Source: an uncultured Gammaproteobacteria bacterium
Lineage (GTDB): Bacteria > Patescibacteriota > Microgenomatia > Daviesbacterales > UBA10151
Direction of reading: 5' to 3'
Length of the DNA stretch: 64,000 nt
Assembly (NCBI GenBank): GCA_964640215.1
Contig: CAZXEW010000033.1
Coordinates: 2,382-66,381 of the forward strand
In this document: positions 56,643-64,000 of the stretch, in pieces
Layout of the letters: every line of letters starts with the position of its first letter
Numbering within the stretch: the first letter of the stretch is position 1
Translations under genes and position numbers: made by a program
The notes under the pieces: model-generated
What the model was told of the DNA's origin: nothing
What the model saw: only the letters and a program-made list of their open reading frames with translations
Databases searched by the model: none

Positions 56643-58135
56643 GATTTGTTTTTAAAAAGTAGTTGATAAAAGGTCAGGAAATTTTTTTGCAAAGTGGCTT
56701 TTTCAAATATATAGATTAGGCAAATATAGATGGTTAATCCCAAAAGACTGGTTAGAATGAGTGAAGAGATGCTGGTGATCGGAAAAAGCCGCGAATAAAT
56801 GTAGGTAAGGAGGCCGGCAATACCAGAGTAGATGATATAGGGAGTCCAGTATTTGGAGAGTTCGACAGGGACCTGTTTTTTTAGATAATATAACGGGATA
56901 AATAACAACAAGGAGGTTAAGAAGCCAGCTAGCGCGAAGCTGTGAAAACTGACGTAGTTTATTAGAATTAAGGTTAAAAGCCATTGTGAGATAACGGATA
57001 AGAGATTAATGTTGCGCACGATTTTAATGTGGCCTAGGGCGATTAGAGCTTGAGTGATGATAAAGCCGTTAATAAATAGGTTGGATTGAATGATGAATAG
57101 ATATAGTGAGGGTAAGCCGTCATTCCATTTTGAGGTAAAGAGGATGTATGTGAGCGGTTGGGCTAGGGCTAGCATAATTGTGATTATGGGCAAGGAGATA
57201 ATGTTGGTGAGTTGTATAGAGCGTTCTAAGGTGATTTTAAAGATAGGCTTGTTGGTTTGGGCCCGCGAGCCAATGGTAAAAACCAACCGGCTGACCACAT
57301 CTCCGATTGCCCGAGGGGCGGCTCCGACACCTGAGGCCCAGTTGACCAGTCCGAGAGCGGTATTTCCGGCTATGCCGCCGATGACTACTGGAGCTAACGA
57401 ACCATAAAATATGCCAACAACGTTGTTGGCTTCGATGTGACTTCCAAAAGTGACAAATTTTTTGATCTCTGAAAGCGAGAAGGCCAGACCGATCGACCAT
57501 GGTTGGAGGATAAAAAAGATGACTACTGCCAAGCTGCGGCTGAGTAAAATTCCCCAAACGAAGCTGGCCACCCCGAAGCCTAAGATTACCAAATAAACGG
57601 TGATTAGTTGCAGAGCTAGTAGTTCGAGGAGGTCCCCGACGGTCAGCTTCCAAAGGTGCAGTGAGCGTTCTAGTAACGATCTGGGAACGACTTTTAAATT
57701 ATATAAAAGTGGTCCGAAACAGCCAATTAAAAGTAGCGGCAGGTCTCGTTGACCCAGATGTGCCATATAGAGGTGGTTATAGGAAGGAGCGATCAATAGA
57801 AACAATACAGTGGCGGCTAATCCTAGAACGACATTGGCTGTAAAGATCTGGCGAAGTTGGATGGTGGTAAGAGTTTTTTTTGATTGGACGATAGCTTGAG
57901 ATAGACCTGGTTCAAACAGTGTCGTAAAGATGCTGATGAAAAAAACGATTAATGCCACCTTTCCTAAATCGGCCGGAAATAGGATTCTGGCGATGATGAC
58001 GCTCGAGATAGTCTGAATTACTTGAGTCAGGAGACGAAGCGAGCCGAAGCTGAGGACGGCGTTGAAGGCTTTCTGTTTAAAATGTTGCCTGTCGGTGTGT
58101 TCTTTGGTTGATATTTGTAACATATTGATTATCAA
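56639..58135 (-). CDS. Wzx-like polysaccharide flippase (MOP superfamily)
   Basis: 498 aa, ~12-14 TM helices, typical polysaccharide_synt N-terminus (...SLRLLTQVIQTISSVIIARILFPADLGKVALI...). Confidence 0.7.
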   Translation of the reverse strand: MIINMLQISTKEHTDRQHFKQKAFNAVLSFGSLRLLTQVIQTISSVIIARILFPADLGKVALIVFFISIFTTLFEPGLSQAIVQSKKTLTTIQLRQIFTANVVLGLAATVLFLLIAPSYNHLYMAHLGQRDLPLLLIGCFGPLLYNLKVVPRSLLERSLHLWKLTVGDLLELLALQLITVYLVILGFGVASFVWGILLSRSLAVVIFFILQPWSIGLAFSLSEIKKFVTFGSHIEANNVVGIFYGSLAPVVIGGIAGNTALGLVNWASGVGAAPRAIGDVVSRLVFTIGSRAQTNKPIFKITLERSIQLTNIISLPIITIMLALAQPLTYILFTSKWNDGLPSLYLFIIQSNLFINGFIITQALIALGHIKIVRNINLLSVISQWLLTLILINYVSFHSFALAGFLTSLLLFIPLYYLKKQVPVELSKYWTPYIIYSGIAGLLTYIYSRLFPITSISSLILTSLLGLTIYICLIYIFEKATLQKNFLTFYQLLFKNKS

Positions 58136-58195
58136 ATTCCTGATCGCAATTATAAGCCCTTATTAATGTTGTTATGATAATATATCATTGAAACT

Positions 58196-59125
58196 ATGAA
58201 GTGTTTATTAATCGGAGGTAGCGGTTTTATCGGGTCATGGTTAGCTAAGAATTTAATCAATAACGGTTGGGAAGTGGTGATTATTGATCCATTCGTTTAC
58301 TATCCAGAACAGAGCCCGGATTTGATTAAAATAGTCACAAAATTTAGGCATACCGAGCTACTAAAAGGGGCTCGGATATATCACAAACGGTTTGAGGATG
58401 TGGGACTAAAGCTATTAAAAAAAGAGCAGCCTGATGCAGTTGTTTTGCTAGCATCACGGCCATTGGAGAAACCGTTTGAATCAGAGATATCCCAAAGTCA
58501 ACTGTTTGATGATGTTAAGCTGACATATTTAGTAGTTTCGGCTTTAAAGCAATATCCGACAAAACGATTCGTTTTTATGTCCTCTATTTCGGCTTATGGT
58601 GATTGCGATGACTTGGTTAAGGAAACTACACCTTTAAATCCTAAAACGGCATATGGAATTTCTAAAGCAACAGGCGAATTTTTAGTTAAATCTCAGCTTG
58701 AAAACTGGAACGTGATTCGGACTACTTCGGTTTATGGTTTTGGGGATTTAAACAATCGGGCGACCCAGGTGATAGTTAATAAGGCTTTGCATAATCAGAA
58801 ATTTTGGATAAACGATCAGTATAAGCATGATTTCATATATGTTAAAGACTTAGTTGATGGTATTACTCAAGTAATTGCCAGCGCCCCACAAAAAGAGATC
58901 TTTCATATTAGCGGTGGTCAGGCTTATCCGCTGTCTAAATTTGTCGACAAATTAAAGAGTTTTTTTGAGTTAGATTTTGAAATCAGGAATGTTGATGATC
59001 GACCAAGACGGGGAGTTTTAGATAATACTAAGGCCAAACAGCTGATCAACTGGTCTCCAAAGATGAACTTGAACCAAGGAATAAAAGACTATATGGAATT
59101 AGTTAGGCGCTACAAAATAGCCTAA
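58196..59125 (+). CDS. NAD-dependent epimerase/dehydratase (extended SDR)
   Basis: MKCLLIGGSGFIGSWLAKNL; YGISKATGE (YxxxK). Confidence 0.8.
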   Translation: MKCLLIGGSGFIGSWLAKNLINNGWEVVIIDPFVYYPEQSPDLIKIVTKFRHTELLKGARIYHKRFEDVGLKLLKKEQPDAVVLLASRPLEKPFESEISQSQLFDDVKLTYLVVSALKQYPTKRFVFMSSISAYGDCDDLVKETTPLNPKTAYGISKATGEFLVKSQLENWNVIRTTSVYGFGDLNNRATQVIVNKALHNQKFWINDQYKHDFIYVKDLVDGITQVIASAPQKEIFHISGGQAYPLSKFVDKLKSFFELDFEIRNVDDRPRRGVLDNTKAKQLINWSPKMNLNQGIKDYMELVRRYKIA

Positions 59126-60874
59126 TCAGAGTTTGGTAACAACTTTCCGGCGATAAATTTCGATGGTGGGACCTGAAATTAGGTTGTCAGAAAATGGATT
59201 GATTTGATCGATAAGTCTGTATTCGATCGTGGTGTCGTGCGGATTAACTGAAAAATTAATAGTCGGTCTAAACTCGGCCGCTTTTTGATAGTTGAGATTG
59301 AAATCACTCCAAAAATCTGGACTAAGCTCTGGTACATGTTGCCAACTAAGGGTAGCCACAACGTTATAACCTTTATTGATGTAGAGACTGCTGTCAGCGA
59401 GTTGATATTCCTGTCCAGAGATAGTGTCGTAACGCTTATCAATTCGAGGAGTGGCTAAGATACTGTAGGAGGGAGAGGCTTCAGGTATTAGTGCCAAGGT
59501 TTTGACTTGGGCTCCGGGTTGGTTTTTTTGGTAGGCGTCCTCGATTTCTAGTTCTAAGGCTTCATGGCTGAGAGCAAGCGATACCGCCCCTCCAGAAATG
59601 TATGGCTTGAGTGTGCCCTCAACAACGATATTACTACCGCTGGGGATATTTTTTTCAACCCAAGCTTTAGCTTGCTGGCGGGTATCTCGGGCATCAAAGT
59701 ATCGATCGATTTTGATACTACGAATCAGCGTTGGTGCCATGACGAATATAGTTAGCAGTACCAGAGCAATTTGGCGAATTCTTGGGGGGGTGATATGCTT
59801 AACTATGAATTCAACTCCGATCCCGGCAAGTAAAATAAACGCTGGCAAAAGAATGATGCTATGTCTGGGGTTGCTATATTTTGCCCAAAATTCGACGGTT
59901 AACAAGAAAAATGCAGGAAATAAGATTGCCAAGAAAAAGGTTGGTTGTTTGATATTTTTGATCGCGACTGCAGCCCCAATTGCGCTGACAAGTAACATCA
60001 AGCTGCCAATGCCTCCTCTGAGATGTTCAAAAATGTAGATGAACGCCACTGGGGTAGAAGTGGTTAGTCCGATATCATGAATGATTGAGCCGATCCGAAA
60101 AAATTCGGCAACTCCACCAGGCAGAAATATCAGTGTTGGGGCTACTTGAATAAAAATAGTTAGACAAAATATTAAAACAGCCAGGATAATTTTAGGATCT
60201 AGGAAATCGGCTTGACGACTTTTGACCCGAATGAAATGAGCACCCAGGATAAGGATAGCTGCTAAGACAGGAAAGATTTTTATTCCAAAAGCGAATCCGG
60301 CTAAAACTGCCGCGATTATATAATGGCGCAATTTCCCCTCTTTGGTGATTAAACAAGCATAGTGGTATAGACCTAAAACTATTAAACCCATCCCAATATC
60401 GTTTTTAATGTAATGAGACTCCTTAACATGGATAAAACTAACGGCCAAAAACCAAGTTGAAATCAGCGCGATTTTGTCATTGAACCATCGTCGATAGATC
60501 ATAAAAGTCAGATAGACAGTTAAAATTGCGAACAACGTGTTTAATTCTCGCCCGATCAAGATAAAGCTACCTGGATTTTTAAGATATTCGGTTAAGAAGC
60601 TTTGGCTGGAGGGAAATTGGCCAAATAGATGACCGATTAAGAAATAACCAATATATATTGTTAAGAGTAAATAAGGGATTAAGAAACCGTTACCTGAAGT
60701 CCAAAGAGCGCCTTTGAGTGGGACAATTCCCAGAGCAATATTGACCATGGCATTTTCGTCGATATGAATTTTGATATCTGGCAGGCCGGCATTAATTCCC
60801 CAGAGTCGTAGGCTAATTGCGGTCAGGATGGCCACCCAAAAGAGCAATTTGCTAATAAAACGAGTATTTGTCAC
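59126..60874 (-). CDS. PMT_2/ArnT-like GT-C membrane glycosyltransferase
   Basis: LRLWGINAGLPDIKIHIDENAM; polytopic; paralog of 46076..47803. Confidence 0.65.
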   Translation of the reverse strand: MTNTRFISKLLFWVAILTAISLRLWGINAGLPDIKIHIDENAMVNIALGIVPLKGALWTSGNGFLIPYLLLTIYIGYFLIGHLFGQFPSSQSFLTEYLKNPGSFILIGRELNTLFAILTVYLTFMIYRRWFNDKIALISTWFLAVSFIHVKESHYIKNDIGMGLIVLGLYHYACLITKEGKLRHYIIAAVLAGFAFGIKIFPVLAAILILGAHFIRVKSRQADFLDPKIILAVLIFCLTIFIQVAPTLIFLPGGVAEFFRIGSIIHDIGLTTSTPVAFIYIFEHLRGGIGSLMLLVSAIGAAVAIKNIKQPTFFLAILFPAFFLLTVEFWAKYSNPRHSIILLPAFILLAGIGVEFIVKHITPPRIRQIALVLLTIFVMAPTLIRSIKIDRYFDARDTRQQAKAWVEKNIPSGSNIVVEGTLKPYISGGAVSLALSHEALELEIEDAYQKNQPGAQVKTLALIPEASPSYSILATPRIDKRYDTISGQEYQLADSSLYINKGYNVVATLSWQHVPELSPDFWSDFNLNYQKAAEFRPTINFSVNPHDTTIEYRLIDQINPFSDNLISGPTIEIYRRKVVTKL

Positions 60875-62010
60875 TGATTTATGCTTTGATAGAGCTGCTC
60901 AATTTTCAATGATATTTTTGAGGAGTTTAAAAAGACCCCAGCCCGTTTGCGAGCTAACTTTCCAAGTTGATATCTCTTGGTGTGATCATCTAATAACAAC
61001 GTCAATGCTTGGGTAAGTGCTGAAGTGCTATTTTGAGGTACAACAATCCCCGCTTTGCCGACAACCTCCTCAGGGCTGCCGGAGCTGATTATAACCGCCT
61101 TGCCGGAAGCCATAGCTTCGACTATAACCATGCCGTATTGTTCCTGCCAGTTGGGAGTGGGGATGCTTGGTAGCACCAAAAAGTCAGCTAGATGATAGAA
61201 TCCGGGCATTAGTAAATACGGTTGCGAGTCAATTAATTGGATTCTATCAGATAGCCCGGCGGTCTTAATTTGGCTGATCAGACGGTTTTTTTCAGGACCA
61301 GCACCTATCATTAGCATCTGCCAGTCAAGGCGTTTTGAGAGCTTTTTTAAGGCTTCTAGCAGAGTGTAGGGACCTTTTTCATAAACCAGCCGACCAACAA
61401 ACAGAATGGTGGTTTTAGAGGGGTTTAAACCGAGCTTTTGTTGAAGTTTCGAATTAGGGTGACTTGGTCTAAAGATTGCAGTATCTACACCCATTGGGAT
61501 GACTTCAATTTTGTTAGGATTCGCTCCTTCTTGGATTAAAGCATTTTTGGCCGAATCGGTAACTGCTAAAAATTTATCCGTCCCCTTTATCACTTGCTGT
61601 TTGATAAACTTTCGTTTGGGATTGTCATTACCCAAATGCGGAATATTTTCCCAAACTGTGACAACGACTGATTTAACCAAACCCTGGTTTCTAGCTTGGA
61701 TGGCTTGATAGCTATATAAACTGGCAATTTCGGCTGTGTGTACAATGTCAAAACTGGCGACAGCCTGGTTAAAATTAAGTAAGTACTGGGGATCACCGAA
61801 TAGGCGGTAAAGAGCTTTAATTCCAAAGGGAATATTGCTAAACAAATCCCCTAGACAGAGTAACTTACTGATCGGTATCTGAATGCTCGAGATGTCATGG
61901 ATTGGTTTTTTGGAGCCAATTGCCAGCAGGTGGTGCCTACTAGATAACGGCTGATAGTTTTGGAGTTCGGCTTGATTCAAACTGGCGGCTCTAACGATAG
62001 CAATCTTCAT
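60871..62010 (-). CDS. GT-B fold glycosyltransferase (GT4-like)
   Basis: ...FLVLPSIPTPNWQEQYGMVIVEAMASGKAVIISSGS... Confidence 0.75.
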   Translation of the reverse strand: MKIAIVRAASLNQAELQNYQPLSSRHHLLAIGSKKPIHDISSIQIPISKLLCLGDLFSNIPFGIKALYRLFGDPQYLLNFNQAVASFDIVHTAEIASLYSYQAIQARNQGLVKSVVVTVWENIPHLGNDNPKRKFIKQQVIKGTDKFLAVTDSAKNALIQEGANPNKIEVIPMGVDTAIFRPSHPNSKLQQKLGLNPSKTTILFVGRLVYEKGPYTLLEALKKLSKRLDWQMLMIGAGPEKNRLISQIKTAGLSDRIQLIDSQPYLLMPGFYHLADFLVLPSIPTPNWQEQYGMVIVEAMASGKAVIISSGSPEEVVGKAGIVVPQNSTSALTQALTLLLDDHTKRYQLGKLARKRAGVFLNSSKISLKIEQLYQSINQ

Positions 62011-62041
62011 AGTTTTTTGCTGGTTAGAATATACTAGATAG

Positions 62042-62749
62042 ATGGTGAAACAAAAAGTAGTGGTTGTAATGCCAGCCTATAATGCGGCCAAGACTCTTGA
62101 AAATACCTACCAGGAGATTCCTAAAGGATTGGTCGATGATATCTTGGTGGTTGATGATGCTAGCTCTGATGAGACAGTCGAGCTGGTTCGGAAATTGGGT
62201 TTAAACTTAATTATTCACGGCCAAAATTTAGGCTATGGGGCTAATCAGAAAACGTGCTATAAAGCGGCCTTGAAATTGGGTGCGGATATTGTTGTGATGC
62301 TGCATCCGGATTATCAGTATGATCCAAAATACATGAAATACTTGATTAATCCGGTAGTCGATGGATCCTTCGATATTATGCTGGGTTCAAGGATTAGGCA
62401 AAGATCAGAAACCTTAAAAAACGGCATGCCCCTTTATAAATATATCGCTAATAGATTATTAACCGTTGCTGAAAATATTGTGTTAGGTTTGAATTTATCG
62501 GAATATCATACTGGGTATAGGGCTTATCACATGCGCGTATTAAAGAAGTTGGATTTGGAGAGTTTTTCAAATGATTTTGTTTTTGACCAGCAGATTCTGA
62601 TCAAGGCTCACCAACAAGGATTTCGGATTGGTGAGGTGTTTGCGCCCAGCTATTATCGAAAGGATTCCTCTTCGATCAACTTCAGGCGATCGATCAAGTA
62701 CGGTTGGGATATTTTGGCCAATTTAGCGAGATATATTTTGAACAGGTAA
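62042..62749 (+). CDS. glycosyltransferase family 2 (polyprenyl-phosphate sugar transferase-like)
   Basis: VVVMPAYNAAKTLENTYQEI...ILVVDDASSDETVE...YGANQKT. Confidence 0.8.
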   Translation: MVKQKVVVVMPAYNAAKTLENTYQEIPKGLVDDILVVDDASSDETVELVRKLGLNLIIHGQNLGYGANQKTCYKAALKLGADIVVMLHPDYQYDPKYMKYLINPVVDGSFDIMLGSRIRQRSETLKNGMPLYKYIANRLLTVAENIVLGLNLSEYHTGYRAYHMRVLKKLDLESFSNDFVFDQQILIKAHQQGFRIGEVFAPSYYRKDSSSINFRRSIKYGWDILANLARYILNR

Positions 62750-62759
62750 CTATCTCAGG

Positions 62760-63665
62760 CTAGTCTTTGAGTTGACCCGACCTATCGAGATAGAAATCGA
62801 TCAGCGCCCGGAGGTAAAGACGGGACTCAAGACGACGGGACGGTTGGCTGATCAGTCTGATTAATTTGATCAAAATCATCATCAAATTGTGCAGGTGTAA
62901 GATTATTTTAGCGGACAGGCGGCTGTATTTATTGAGGAAAAAACTACCGTTCCGGGTCAAATAATAGGTTTTGATTGAGTTTTTCGGACCGACAGACTGC
63001 GATCCGGAATGCCAGACAACCGCAGCCGGCTGCAGGAAAATTTTAGCTCCAAGTTGTTTGGTCCGCAGACAAAAATCAGCATCTTCCCAGTAAAGGAATA
63101 GCTTTTCGTCGAAGCCTCCGCACTTTTGCCAGATAAGGCGTCTAAATAACATCGCCGAGCCGGAGATCCATTTCATTTCAGTTGGAGCAGAGAGTTTGGC
63201 ATATTCAGACAGGTTGATTGCCCGAAAAATCCCCAGTTGAGAGTTAAAATAATCAACCGGGAAATCATAGCCGGACAGGCGTGAAGGTTGAGTCAGCGAA
63301 AAAACCTTGGGTCCAACAATTCCGCGATTGGGATTATTGACCAAAAATAGGACCAGGTTATTTAGCGCTGATTTGTCTATTTTTAGATCCGGATTGATTA
63401 AAAAAATTAGTTCTGAGTGAGATTTAGCTATTCCTAAATTGGCAGCCTGGCTATAGCCGATAACCTCCGCAATCGGCAGATGGACAGTTTGAAGATGAAG
63501 ATTCGGAGTTGAAACGCTTCTTTGAATTTCTATTAGAATGACTTGAAGTTTGGAGGGCGGATAATCGAGCTGATTCAGGCTGGAGACTAAGTAAGCTGGG
63601 AGTTTATTTGAGTTGAAAACAGGGATAATGATGCTTACTTTTGGCCAAGAATTTGGCTTAGTCAT
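62760..63665 (-). CDS. glycosyltransferase family 2
   Basis: VSIIIPVFNSNKLPAYLVSSLNQL...VILIE...NPDLKI. Confidence 0.75.
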   Translation of the reverse strand: MTKPNSWPKVSIIIPVFNSNKLPAYLVSSLNQLDYPPSKLQVILIEIQRSVSTPNLHLQTVHLPIAEVIGYSQAANLGIAKSHSELIFLINPDLKIDKSALNNLVLFLVNNPNRGIVGPKVFSLTQPSRLSGYDFPVDYFNSQLGIFRAINLSEYAKLSAPTEMKWISGSAMLFRRLIWQKCGGFDEKLFLYWEDADFCLRTKQLGAKIFLQPAAVVWHSGSQSVGPKNSIKTYYLTRNGSFFLNKYSRLSAKIILHLHNLMMILIKLIRLISQPSRRLESRLYLRALIDFYLDRSGQLKD

Positions 63666-64000
63666 CGTTTGATTTTAGGCCAGATTGGCTGGCGGCGGAA
63701 GAGAGTAGAAAAGAGGCTTGGGGCGGTTAGGGAGATTAGGGCGGTTAGGGAGATTAGAAAACCTAAATACTGATCCCAGGTCCGGTGATGAGTGAGGGTG
63801 ATGTCGACTGAGCCTGGATTTGGATAAAGCACTAGGAAGCCGAGTGGGTCGTGACCGGTTTTGACTCCGCGACCGCTGGAGTCACGGGCTCCCCAACCTG
63901 GGTCGGCGGTCATCGAGACAGCAATCCCCTCGCCTTGGCTGAGTTGGCCTTTAATTTGGTAATTGTCGTTGTCGATGAGGCGGAATTCGGCCTGACTAGA
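63662..64000 (-). CDS. 3' part of an ORF continuing beyond the window end; product unknown
   Basis: The minus-strand frame is open from the window end to the stop at 63662 (...GIAVSMTADPGWGARDSSGRG...ISLTALISLTAPSLF...). The track's 83-aa ORF is just its C-terminal piece. Contains two tandem copies of GGGCGGTTAGGGAGATTAG. Confidence 0.3.
   Translation of the reverse strand, partial: SSQAEFRLIDNDNYQIKGQLSQGEGIAVSMTADPGWGARDSSGRGVKTGHDPLGFLVLYPNPGSVDITLTHHRTWDQYLGFLISLTALISLTAPSLFSTLFRRQPIWPKIKR

Noticed and set aside
57090-57653. ORFs 57090..57407(+) and 57237..57653(-) inside the flippase gene
   Set aside because: Alternate frames of the Wzx-like gene; R/G/P-rich low-complexity translation.
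63662-63913. 83-aa ORF from the track as a complete small gene
   Set aside because: The reading frame stays open upstream to the window end, so this is the C-terminal piece of a longer, partially captured ORF rather than a standalone 83-aa protein.

Overview
AT-rich bacterial window (standard genetic code, tightly packed and often overlapping genes, many glycosyltransferases and large polytopic membrane proteins; gene content suggests a CPR/Patescibacteria-like organism, which is inference only). Left third (1-18.9 kb), mostly housekeeping: partial leuS (-), a mazEF toxin-antitoxin pair (-), an F1Fo ATP synthase gene block in the order b-delta-alpha-gamma-beta-epsilon with no subunit a gene anywhere in the window (the only c-like sequence is the degenerate hairpin at the end of 2261..3064), a Wzy/O-antigen-ligase-like protein with TPR repeats, two tandem tRNA-Ala genes (CGC and GGC anticodons) flanked by GC-rich hairpin repeats, a four-helix-bundle protein carrying an in-frame palindromic repeat insertion, a class A beta-lactamase-like serine hydrolase, a LysM/M23 peptidase, rho, and a PIN/TRAM (YacL-like) protein. 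From about 19.3 kb to the window end lies a roughly 45 kb cell-surface glycan/glycosylation supercluster: 8 GT2, 4 GT-B (GT4-like) and 3 PMT_2/ArnT-like GT-C glycosyltransferases, three paralogous ~950-aa YfhO-like membrane proteins, 10 SAM-dependent methyltransferases (three with zinc-ribbon domains), a NodU/CmcH carbamoyltransferase, a Wzx-like flippase, two NAD-dependent epimerases/dehydratases, an SDR, an NDP-sugar dehydrogenase, and a GDP-heptose-type module (transaldolase, GmhA, GHMP kinase, nucleotidyltransferase). Unexplained non-coding structure: a dispersed G-rich short repeat (GGTTAGGGAGATT-like) found in-frame inside genes and in intergenic DNA, GTAG-rich intergenic spacers sharing an 18-mer, a near-consensus sigma70 promoter driving a leaderless 46-codon ORF upstream of rho, and an ATP synthase c-like hairpin without its carboxylate fused to a secreted domain.
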